Source of the DNA: Mesotaenium endlicherianum
Lineage: Eukaryota
Reading direction: 5' to 3'
NCBI GenBank assembly: GCA_009602735.1
Contig: WELA01000540.1
Coordinates: 7,632-55,213, forward strand
DNA: 47,582 bases
Position 1 is the first letter of the stretch. Each line of letters begins with the position of its first letter. A model generated the notes under the pieces. The model did no database searches. It was not told the origin of the DNA and saw only the letters and a list, made by a program, of their open reading frames with translations. The translations under genes and the position numbers were made by a program. Shown in pieces: positions 34,901-45,436 of this stretch.

Positions 34901-37900
34901 AGCAGCTGTACCAGAGCAAGGGGGTCAAGTTCCTCACGGTAACCCACAGCCCACCCCTCTCCTCACACACGCACATAGGCTGCCGCTTAGCTGGGGAGAC
35001 TTGTCCCCGTCCCCGTCCCTGTCCCCGTCCCCGTCCTTGTCCGTGCCTCCGTCCCCGTCCCTGTCCCTGCCTCCGTTCGTGCCCCTGTTCCTGTCCCCTG
35101 TCCCCATTTCCGCCCCACTATGGGGAAACCCATTCCCATCCCATCCCCGTCCTCCTCCCCTTTTCCTCGTCCTCGTCTCCGTCCCCGTCCTCGTTCCTGT
35201 CCTTATCCCTATCCTTGTCGCTCTTCCTCCTGGTCCTCGCCCTAGCCCTGGCCTCTGCCCCGCAATTGGGTGTAGGCCAAGAGTACCGCCATGTGTCCTC
35301 TCTCCAGAGTTTCTCCAGAGTTTCAATACTTGGTCTATGGAAGAGCCTCCTGCTTCCTCCTCCTCCCTGCTGTTCTCCCCCCCNNNNNNNNNNNNNNNNN
35401 NNNNNNNNNNNNNNNNNNNNNNNNNNNNNNNNNNNNNNNNNNNNNNNNNNNNNNNNNNNNNNNNNNNNNNNNNNNNNNNNNNNNNNNNNNNNNNNNNNNN
35501 NNNNNNNNNNNNNNNNNNNNNNNNNNNNNNNNNNNNNNNNNNNNNNNNNNNNNNNNNNNNNNNNNNNNNNNNNNNNNNNNNNNNNNNNNNNNNNNNNNNN
35601 NNNNNNNNNNNNNNNNNNNNNNNNNNNNNNNNNNNNNNNNNNNNNNNNNNNNNNNNNNNNNNNNNNNNNNNNNNNNNNNNNNNNNNNNNNNNNNNNNNNN
35701 NNNNNNNNNNNNNNNNNNNNNNNNNNNNNNNNNNNNNNNNNNNNNNNNNNNNNNNNNNNNNNNNNNNNNNNNNNNNNNNNNNNNNNNNNNNNNNNNNNNN
35801 NNNNNNNNNNNNNNNNNNNNNNNNNNNNNNNNNNNNNNNNNNNNNNNNNNNNNNNNNNNNNNNNNNNNNNNNNNNNNNNNNNNNNNNNNNNNNNNNNNNN
35901 NNNNNNNNNNNNNNNNNNNNNNNNNNNNNNNNNNNNNNNNNNNNNNNNNNNNNNNNNNNNNNNNNNNNNNNNNNNNNNNNNNNNNNNNNNNNNNNNNNNN
36001 NNNNNNNNNNNNNNNNNNNNNNNNNNNNNNNNNNNNNNNNNNNNNNNNNNNNNNNNNNNNNNNNNNNNNNNNNNNNNNNNNNNNNNNNNNNNNNNNNNNN
36101 NNNNNNNNNNNNNNNNNNNNNNNNNNNNNNNNNNNNNNNNNNNNNNNNNNNNNNNNNNNNNNNNNNNNNNNNNNNNNNNNNNNNNNNNNNNNNNNNNNNN
36201 NNNNNNNNNNNNNNNNNNNNNNNNNNNNNNNNNNNNNNNNNNNNNNNNNNNNNNNNNNNNNNNNNNNNNNNNNNNNNNNNNNNNNNNNNNNCCCCCCTTT
36301 CCTTCCTCCCGTTTTCTCCCTTTCTCTCTGGGCTCCCTGTGTAGTGTGATGGATATTCTTGTCTGTGTGTGTGTATCTGTGTGTGTCTCCATTTAATCTG
36401 CCTGGGGACAGTGGACGGGATAGCAGGGACACTTCACGGGGACTGGGCTTGATCTGACTAGTGGCGTTTGCAATTGAATGGTCAGGCATCTGCGCGGATT
36501 TTGAGGTATTTTGACGGCTTTTGAGACTGCTTGTGCGTTACAAAGTGGCTGATTTTTGATGTCCCCTCTTCTGAGCTGATGCAGCTTCCTCTTCCCTTCC
36601 TGGAGACTGTCACGGCTCTCTCAGATCCTCCCCCTCCTCCCCCCTTCTCCACTCTTCTCTCAAGGGGGCCATCCCCTCCTTTGATGCGCCTACCACAGGC
36701 ATTGCAAGGCATTGCAGCCGCAGCATTGTTCTTTTCTTCCTCCACCACCATGTGTGCGCCAAGGCAACGCTGGTGAGACAGGCTCTGGTAAAAGGCATGC
36801 GCACTTTGTTCAAGCAGGGCTACTTCAACTGCCTCCGCCCCCACTCATCACTGTCCAAGCGTGTGTGTCTCTGTGTGTGCGTGTGTGTGCGCAGATAACG
36901 CTGGAGGAGGGCGTGCAGGGCTTCTACCGCGGCTGCATCACCAACCTGCTGCGCACCACGCCGGCCGCCGTCATCACCTTCACCTCCTTCGAGCTCATCC
37001 TGCGCCACCTGCACGCGCTGTTCCCGCCCACCGACTCCTCCCCCTCCTCCACGACATCGCCCCCCCCGCAGTTGCGAGATGCGGCGCGTGTCGCCTCCTC
37101 CTCCTCCTCCCCCTCCTCTCCCTCCTCTCCCTCCTCCCCCTCGTCTCCCTCCTCTTCCTCCTCCTCCTCACTTTCTCCTGCTGCTGCTGTTACTGTCCTT
37201 TCTCGTTCTCGAGTGTCTCTTGTGCTTCACCCGTCATTTGGATCTGCTTGCTTTGCCATGATGATGGTGCAACTCCTGTCTCATACTCGCGCTGAGGATT
37301 GCTTGCCAACCACCTGGCGTCAGAGAAGCACAATGCCACATGGCACACTCACCTGGCATATTTTATTTTCACTGCCGCATGGGGCCACCACATGCGGACA
37401 CATGGAGCCCTGAGGACATGCCACACGCTACGTACTACCTTGGTCTCTCGCTCTGTCAGATTCCCTTGCTGTTCTCCACGCCGGCCCTCTTGTTTCTCTA
37501 CAGCGCCTCCTGTTGCCACACAAGACCCTCTCAGTGCAACGCAAGACCCTCTCCTCACTACACAAGGCACTCTTGTAGCTCGTGACTGCATATAAGACAC
37601 TTGTGGTGCTGCACAAGACCACCTGGCGCTGTTCAAGTCCCTCTTGCTGCTGCTAGCGAAGGCACTCTTGCAACCACAGACACTCGTGTTACTAGACCCC
37701 CTTGTAGTCACGCAAGACCCTCTTAGCTCTGCATAGGGCCTCACCTTCTTGTTGCCCTCAGGCGCCCTGGCTGTCTGTGATTGCTGCTCCATGCTGCTTT
37801 TGATCGTCCTGCTGCTGCTGCTCCCAATCCTGCTGCTACTGCTTCTAATGCTGCTGCTGCTGCTGCTGCTGCAGGGCAAGCTGACAAAGAAGTTTGTGGC

Positions 37901-39763
37901 GGGAGGCGACGGGCGCGTGGCCAAGGTGGAGCTTGACGATGGCACCGTGCTCGACGCCGACCTTGTAAGCTCGCACAAGTTCTCTAGCCTCCCCCCCTCT
38001 CCCCTCCCGTCCTGCACTTGGTCTCATGCCTGCACCTGCACCTGCACCTGCACCTGCCTGTGCTGCCTGGCTGCCTGCCTGACTGCTAGTTGACCTGCCT
38101 ACTTGCCTGCCTGCCTGCTTGACTGACTGACTGACAGCATGAGTGGGCTGTCTGACTAACTGCCTGCCTGATCGACTGATCGGCCGGCCCACTTGCTCAC
38201 TCATTCACTCGCTCACTCACGCACTCATTCGCTCACACACTCTCACAGACGGCTGACTGGCTGACTGACTGAGTGTGGTGAGGGGGAGCGTTGACTGGCT
38301 GCAGGTGGTGGTGGGCGTGGGGGCTAAGCCAGTGGTGGCCCCCTTCCTGGAGGCCGGTCTCCAGGAGGAGCAGAAAGGCATTCAGGTATGCATATCACAT
38401 GTATCCGCACCGGCACACGCGCACACGCACACACATGCACGAGTGGACGCATACATATATATTTACACACGCGCAGGCAATTTTGCGTGCGCACGTGCAA
38501 GTATGTGTGTGCACACACACACACATACACACAAACACACACACATACACACGCATGCACGCATGCACGCGCGCGCACACACACACACACGCACACGTGC
38601 GCGTGCGCAGCACACAACCCAGGCAGACGCGCACCGCTCTAACATACAGTTGGTGCCCACTCCCTTGTCGTCTCTGGGTGTCCCCGCCGGCCTTATCATG
38701 AGACTGGCGCCAGCATTAGCAGCAGCAGCTGCCGCTTACGAGCTTGCCTGCTGGCTGGCTTGCTACGGCTGCACCATGTCTACCTCATCAATGGCTGACC
38801 CACGGGCTGACCCACGCGTGAGATAATCTCTCATGAGCCTATGGTCTCAACTTAAAGCTATGGATCTGAGGGGGGGCTGCTGGGCTGTCCCGAGCATGCA
38901 GGTGGACGGAGTGCTGAAGACCAGCGCCGAGGGCGTGTATGCTGTCGGGGACATCGCCGCCTTCCCCCTCAAGGTGCGCCCTCCCCCTCATATAGCTCCC
39001 CAATCCCAGTCTCCCAAGGGCAACTGGGCACTGGCAAAGGCTGCTGCATCACCTCACAACATTCGGCAGCATCCCGCACCATCCCGCTCTGCTTCCGGCT
39101 CTTGCTGCTACTCCTCTGGCAGCCATCACGGCTCGTTGTACGTCACTCCTTAGCATCTGCGTGCATCCCAGGCCAGCAGTTGTGGCGCGTAAAGAAACAC
39201 CCGTCTTCTCCACCCCAAGTGCCCACCCCAAGTGTCCAGCATATAGACAGTCATGACAGTTTCTCAGTAGTCAGAAGTACATCCCTCAACCTCCTCCCAG
39301 CTGGCATCACCACTCTGTCACGCCCCTTGAGCACCCACACCCTCTTCAAACTGCTGTAGTAAGGGTTGAGAACCCCCCCCCCCCTCCCCTCCATCCTGGA
39401 AGTCAGGCTCCAACCTGTAGGAGTCATACATCCACTGCTATGTGAACTTGTGTCCGGCCCCACGGCAATGACTGCCCAACTCTGCCACGTCCACAATGGG
39501 AGTGCGTGTATGCACCTCCTCTCGCAGTCCTCCTCTGCAGTCCAGTCTGCTCAGGACGGCTCTCCATGCTCGGCTGGTACTTGTTGAAAAAAGCCGTGCC
39601 AAGTTGACCTGCCTCTTGCTCATCTTTGGCTGCTTTTTGGACTACTATATGAGGGATCCCTATGGTCTTTGTAGAGTGTCACCGGCCTACCTTGTATCTT
39701 CCTCGTAGCAGCACCAATATATCAAGGCCATGGCTCTCCCTCTCGTGAGTCGGGTAATTCTGC

Positions 39764-39817
<54 letters not shown>

Positions 39818-39818
39818 N

Positions 39819-39877
<59 letters not shown>

Positions 39878-39904
39878 CTACAAACACAAACACAAACACA
39901 CACA

Positions 39905-39936
<32 letters not shown>

Positions 39937-40787
39937 TTCTAACTTTGCATCCCAACTCCCGGACTCAAACCCTCCTGTGTGTGAGTAGATGTACAGCAGG
40001 ACCACGAGGGTGGAGCACGTGGACCACGCGCGCAAGTCCGCCCAGCACTGCGCCAACGCCATCTGCAAGGGCTTCACTGACGAGTGAGCTTCGCCTGCAC
40101 ACACGCTCTCCCCCCCCCCCCCTCGGGCCAACCTTTGCCACTGACGACTGAGTGTCCCTTGCACACACGAGCTCCTTCTCACTCGCTTTGCTCACTTGCG
40201 CCACCAAGGAGCATCACGTGCGCATGCGTTTGCTCCTCCTCATTCACTTGACCCACTTCCACTATCAGCGCGGGAGCACTGGTTGCACGCACGCTCAAGC
40301 CTTTTCTCTGTCTCGGTTGATTTCTGCTCGCGTATGTCTCAGGAGGTTATTGCTGCTGCTGCTGCGCTACATCAATTCTTTTTGCCTGCTTGGTTAGAAC
40401 TACTCTTCCACTAAAGGTCGAGGAGCTTGAATGTGCTGGCTCAGGACTATTCATGTTGTACCCCAGTTCATGCATACTTATACGCTGTGTGAACGTATAA
40501 AGACATTCCGGTGTATGCATTAAGGAGGGCGTGGGTGTGGGTGTGGCTGTGAGCATTTTTCGAGTGAGCAGGTACGACTACCTGCCCTACTTCTACTCGC
40601 GCGTCTTCGAGCACCCCCAGAGCGACAGAAAGCTGTGGTGGCAGTTCTATGGTGACAACGGTACGAGGCGGGCTCTCTCCTTCTGAGAATGTTTTCTTCA
40701 TGCAGCATCTGATGCACGTGCAGACGCGCATACAGACCCCCGCACACGTGCACGCACGCACACTCATGCGCGCACACATACTCACAC

Positions 40788-40827
<40 letters not shown>

Positions 40828-43091
40828 ATCATGTGTGTACAGGTATACAGTCGTGTTATGTGTGCATGTGTGTGGGTGCGTACATATGAATTGATTATTA
40901 TTCTATTTGCGTACACATTAACGTGCGTATTTTTATGCCACTCGTGGATTTACACATTAGTATACTTGTATATAAGATATACTCAACATTCGAAGCTCCC
41001 ATTGGGCAGCCTCCGCTGTGTCCGCATTTCAAAGTCCTGTAGCAGTTGCCACACCGCTTGCCGCTGCCTTATCTGCTCATTGTGCCACTGCCGAGCTGGC
41101 CAGCCAGCTCATATCTACCATATCCTGACTAGCAGCTACTTACAGATATTTATTTCCGGCCCGTGTCACTGGGAAATGCATCTACTGGTGCCGTCCTGCC
41201 AAGTGTCCAGTCCGGCCTGGCTACCCTCAGGCCCTGCAATCATCCGTCCACAAACACACGTGCACGCACGCATGCCTGCACGCACACATTAAAGCACACA
41301 CACACACACACGCACGCACGCACACACACACAACAACACCCAAATCTGCTGTCCTGCCCTCTCTAGGCTCGATACGACTTGCTTAAAAAAGTCCTCGAGC
41401 TCTCACCCTCTGTATCCCTCCACCTCTTCGGCCCCCTCGGAGACGTGAATCAGTGGATGTCAGCCCCTTGCACTCGCCCTTTAAGCTTTCCTTGTCTCTG
41501 ACATCCGCTCCTGTCTCTGTGTCGTCTCCTGCTTCGTTCTCTCCGCGACACGCGCAGTGGGAGAGACAGTGCTGATTGGCGACTTCAAGCCCAAGCTTGC
41601 AAATTTCTGGATTGACAACGGTGCCCCCTCATCCACCCCTTTCGCCACCCCCGCCCCCCGCCTTCCACCCCTCCCTCTCCTAAGATGCAAAATGAATGCT
41701 GCCATTTCCTCTCGCCCCCTCTCACCTCTCCTNNNNNNNNNNNNNNNNNNNNNNNNNNNNNNNNNNNNNNNNNNNNNNNNNNNNNNNNNNNNNNNNNNNN
41801 NNNNNNNNNNNNNNNNNNNNNNNNNNNNNNNNNNNNNNNNNNNNNNNNNNNNNNNNNNNNNNNNNNNNNNNNNNNNNNNNNNNNNNNNNNNNNNNNNNNN
41901 NNNNNNNNNNNNNNNNNNNNNNNNNNNNNNNNNNNNNNNNNNNNNNNNNNNNNNNNNNNNNNNNNNNNNNNNNNNNNNNNNNNNNNNNNNNNNNNNNNNN
42001 NNNNNNNNNNNNNNNNNNNNNNNNGCGCGGGTGTGGTGCCCCCAGATTGACCCCCCTCCTTTGTCCCTCCTCTCCCCTCCTCCACGCCTCTTTCCTCTCC
42101 GGGCCGGACTGCACTGTTGCTTTTTTCCTCGGTCTTATATGTGCTGCTTGCTTGCTCTTCACTTGCGAAGGGGTTGACTGCTTGATGCACTTTTCCTGAT
42201 GTGTGTTGTCTTTTCAAAAGAATGGGCTGCAGCGACAATTGTTTGTGTCAATGCGTCTCTAGAACTCCAACTTTTGGCAGAACCGAGCATCTTGATGACA
42301 GCTTAAGCTGGTGCGCAGAGGTCTTATGCCCTGTGTGTGCTGTGGGCGCGTTGCGGGCGTGCAGGCAAACTCAAAGGAGTGTTTCTGGAGAGCGGCTCCC
42401 CTGAGGTGTGTCTGAACGGGCCTCAAGAGTCTCCTTTCTATATCCCCTTTTTAATTGCTTGTCCTCCCTTTTATTCTTTTATGTTTTTTATTATTATTAT
42501 TATTTTCTTGTTTCGGCCGGCAGGAGAACAGCGGCTGCTTTTCTTCCCACGTGTGACAAGCTGGGTGGAATCTTGGTTGATTGGGGAGGAGCATTTTATT
42601 TTATTAGCCAGATAAATTATGATTCTAGTCAACTCTAGCGCTGGCGTTGTTGTTATTTGATATTGGGATGTAATGTACAAGAGGGGTCGATTGATGCCTG
42701 TGGATGTTTATGATGTATATAGGGTATTTTTAGCTGCTTTAGGTGAGAGAGGTGCCCTTCCACCTCCTCCTCCTCCTCTTCCCGCTCCTCCTCCAGCTCT
42801 CCCTCCAGCTCCTCCTCCCCACCTGGCTCTCTCTCTCTCTTCTCCTGTCTCCTCCCCCACCGTACTCCTTTCCTCTCCTCCTCCTCCTCCTCCCTTTCTT
42901 CCTTCCATGCTCCATATCTTGAGATCTTGATGAACGTGACCGACTCTGCTCTTCCTCCTCCCTTATCGCGCGTGCAGGAGTTTGCGCTGCTGCCAAAGCT
43001 GGCGCGAGCGCAACCTGCCGTCGATTTGGGCAAGCTCAAGGCTGCGCAGTCGGTGGAGGCTGCTCTGGAGGTTGTGAAAGCGGGCCTCTAG
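28928..43091 (+). CDS. MDAR6: Monodehydroascorbate reductase, chloroplast/mitochondrial type (MDAR5/6-like); 15 exons visible, one missing
   Basis: Exons 28928-29118, 29636-29735, 30357-30434, 31079-31150, [missing, probably in gap 31435-32271], 33664-33748, 34084-34173, 34837-34938, 37875-37964, 38305-38385, 38902-38973, 39989-40083, 40572-40660, 41558-41620, 42365-42405, 42978-43091. Motifs YVIVGGGNAAGYAA (FAD), APYERPTLSKAYL, RLPGFHT, VVIVGGGYIGLE (NAD), AVGDIAAFPLK, RVEHVDHARKSA, YDYLPYFYSRVFE, WWQFYGDN, GVFLESGSPEEF. Transit-peptide-like exon 1. Confidence 0.95.
30126..30232 (+). repeat. 20-bp minisatellite with a 40-bp higher-order unit, in MDAR intron 2
   Basis: TTTCAGGTCAAAGTCAAAAG / CTGCTGGTCAAGGTCATAAG alternate; 40-bp period (30126, 30166). 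Confidence 0.8.
35000..35220 (+). repeat. (GTCCCC/GTCCCT)n hexamer microsatellite
   Basis: ttgtccccgtccccgtccctgtccccgtccccgtccttgt... Confidence 0.8.
36895..37413 (+). other. Orphan terminal exon of a mitochondrial-carrier-family NAD+ transporter (NDT1/NDT2-like) inside an MDAR intron
   Basis: GCGCAG acceptor, then ITLEEGVQGFYRGCITNLLRTTPAAVITFTSFELILRHLHALFPP (36895-37029), matching the recalled NDT1 C-terminus EG.PGFYRGCATNLLRTTPAAVITFTSFE. The frame stays open through a Ser/Pro tail to TGA at 37413. Confidence 0.85.
37512..37735 (+). repeat. Degenerate ~21-bp tandem repeat with core CAAGACCCTCT
   Basis: cacaagaccctctc / cgcaagaccctctc / cacaaggcactctt / tataagacactt / cacaagaccacc / cgcaagaccctctt. 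Confidence 0.65.
39769..39936. repeat. (CT)n-(CA)n compound microsatellite
   Basis: Long pure CT run followed by CA run; another (CT)n run at 24532-24578. Confidence 0.9.
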
Positions 43092-45436
43092 AAAATTTAC
43101 GCGTGCAAATGCAAATACAGATGGCCGCTCCGCCCATCTGCTTGCATTTCATAGCGGTGTTTGTCCTCTCATGACGTCGGATGAGGACTTTGTGGACTCG
43201 ACTGGCGTCACTTTTCTTTGCAATGTCTCTCTCTCTCTCTCTCTCTTTCTTTCTAGATATTGCGTTACCTGTTGGCCCCAAAAGGCAAGGCTCTCAGAAT
43301 GTGATGACCTCGGTTCCCGAATTGGGATCGTATGCCAGCAGAGGACGTCCATCCTTGCATTGGGCAGTGAAGAGTTGTACAATAGGTTGTACCTTAGTGT
43401 GCCGTTATGTGATTGCGTGGTCGCCACTGGTATATGTGACCCTCCAGTTGGCATCCATGACCTTGTAATAATGTGTTATTATGGGCAATGGAGCTCATTC
43501 CAAGAACATGTCTTCGTGAAGGTCTTTTTAAGGTTGGAAGTGCTACTACATATCACCTTTGCCCAGATTGTTTTCCCTCATGTAGACATGCATGCATTGA
43601 AGACTACAAAACTGTCACCTCAACTCTCCACTTTAATTTTGCACATCTTGTGCATGTGACAACGTTTACTGTTCCGCATGTCGGTTTTGTACATGCCGCA
43701 TGACAACTTTGAATTGCTTTGAACGCTTTGCATGTTGGTCTCACACATATTGCATGACATATGGTGCCGGTTCGCAAGTACGTCAGGTTGCACATTTCGC
43801 ATTAAAATGCTCCCCAAGTAAGTTTTGCACATTTTGTGCGACAACTTTGAACGAACTACGCGTTACTTTACCTTTTGAATGTCACATCTTTTTTTCTTTA
43901 TTTCTGCATGAACTTACGACATATATTGGACAAATTAAGAGCATAAGATCAATAATGACACGAAGGGGATATGTTCCGAAACAAAAGACAGTAGATGGGT
44001 GTTATAATGCTCACATGCAACCCTCTTGTGCCGTATTGCAAAATGAAATTTACCCCTCTCCCCTTGTACAATCCCTCCTCTCCTTTGCAACCTCATTTCT
44101 TGGAGCATCTACATAGAACCTCAACACTACATGTCTAAAAATCGTGACTTGGACATGGGAGCTATTCATGAGGAATTGCCTTTCTCCCACCCCCGCTTTT
44201 TGCCTTCCCCCCTTGTTCAATATCTCCTCTTTATTTTCTTTACAATGTGACAAACCTATTGACTTAATATCAAATTGGTCAACTATGATCAACGGGCGTC
44301 TAATTGTTGAGCATGTTGAAACTTAAAGATTTGAAACATGCCTCATGAAATATGCCACGTGCATGTTTCAAATCAAGGGTTGTGATACATTTATGATCTC
44401 AATGCTTTAGATATTTTGAATTTCAAATACTTGAGTACCGCGCGACAAATGTCCAATTAGTCAATTCCTAGACAGCTCAAGCACTAATACTCTAGATGTC
44501 AATTCTACTCTTCATTGCACGAAAGTGAGTATTGTTAGTAGATCCTTCCCACCCACCCAGGAGGGGAGATAGACAGAATAGGCGAATTGAAAATATAAGT
44601 AGGCAAGAGAGTAGGTTCAAATAGAATAGGTAGATAGGAGAATGTAGAGTAAAATGGAGGGAGACACACTGTCCTATTCTTTCTACTTTCTTTTTTCAAC
44701 AAATAAGCCTCTTCTTTTTCTCTTTCTAAGTATATTCGTTACTATATGCACTGAGATAAATATGTCACAAATCATTAGTAAACTTCACTCCAGATATGAC
44801 CGGTTAAAATGGTAAGGCTTGAAGCAGCTTGAAGGCTGAAGAATACTGGAAAACCCAGAAATACCTCCTATTCTGCTAGCGAGTGCCACCGACTCTACCG
44901 ACCTGTCCCTACGAGACTATAATGCACCACCCTCTTATTTCAAGCACTCCATGCTGACTCCATGTGTTGTTGAAATCGTCAATCGGAATGCCCTCATCTT
45001 GTCTGGACTATGCTACGTGGTGGGTCCCCAAATGTCTCTCGCATTCACTCCTTCCGTCCACTGTCCTGTCGGGAACTTTCTTGCTTACAGCACTCTTTAA
45101 GGATGTTATCGACCCCAACAACCCGCTCATTTTTTGTTCAAAAGCATCTTCCTGTATTGTAGTTAGTCACTGCTGAGGACGCCTCGCACTCGTGTGTTGT
45201 GCAGAATGGGCGCCGCATGCAAAGATGTCAGGCGAGAGTAACATTTTTTCTAGCTAAGCGCAGATATGGAACAGGCATATATCTATCCCCATCATTCGAA
45301 CACCTGATTCATCTTATGCCAGTCATCTGCTGGGTCTCACAGAGCGTTCGGTTCTCGTGCGTGTTTCAACCCTCAGGAGAAGCACGATAAACAGCTGTAA
45401 CGCGTTTATGACAGTCGTTGTAACAGGAGCAGCAAA

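Noticed and set aside
34306..36489. Several very long ORFs (350-700 aa)
   Set aside because: They only read through N-gaps and microsatellites; the same applies at 20497-22049, 31289-32332 and 41557-42238.
42524..42556. Possible alternative MDAR last exon after a T-rich tract and CAG
   Set aside because: Encodes only ENSGCFSSHV-stop with no MDAR similarity; the conserved last exon is at 42978.
43080..43091. MDAR C-terminal AGL as a peroxisomal PTS1
   Set aside because: No basic residue at position -2; the protein is the transit-peptide-bearing organellar type.
7092..43091. SVR1-OAT-MDAR as a functional organelle/stress gene cluster
   Set aside because: Unrelated pathways with separate upstream regions; adjacency alone is not evidence.
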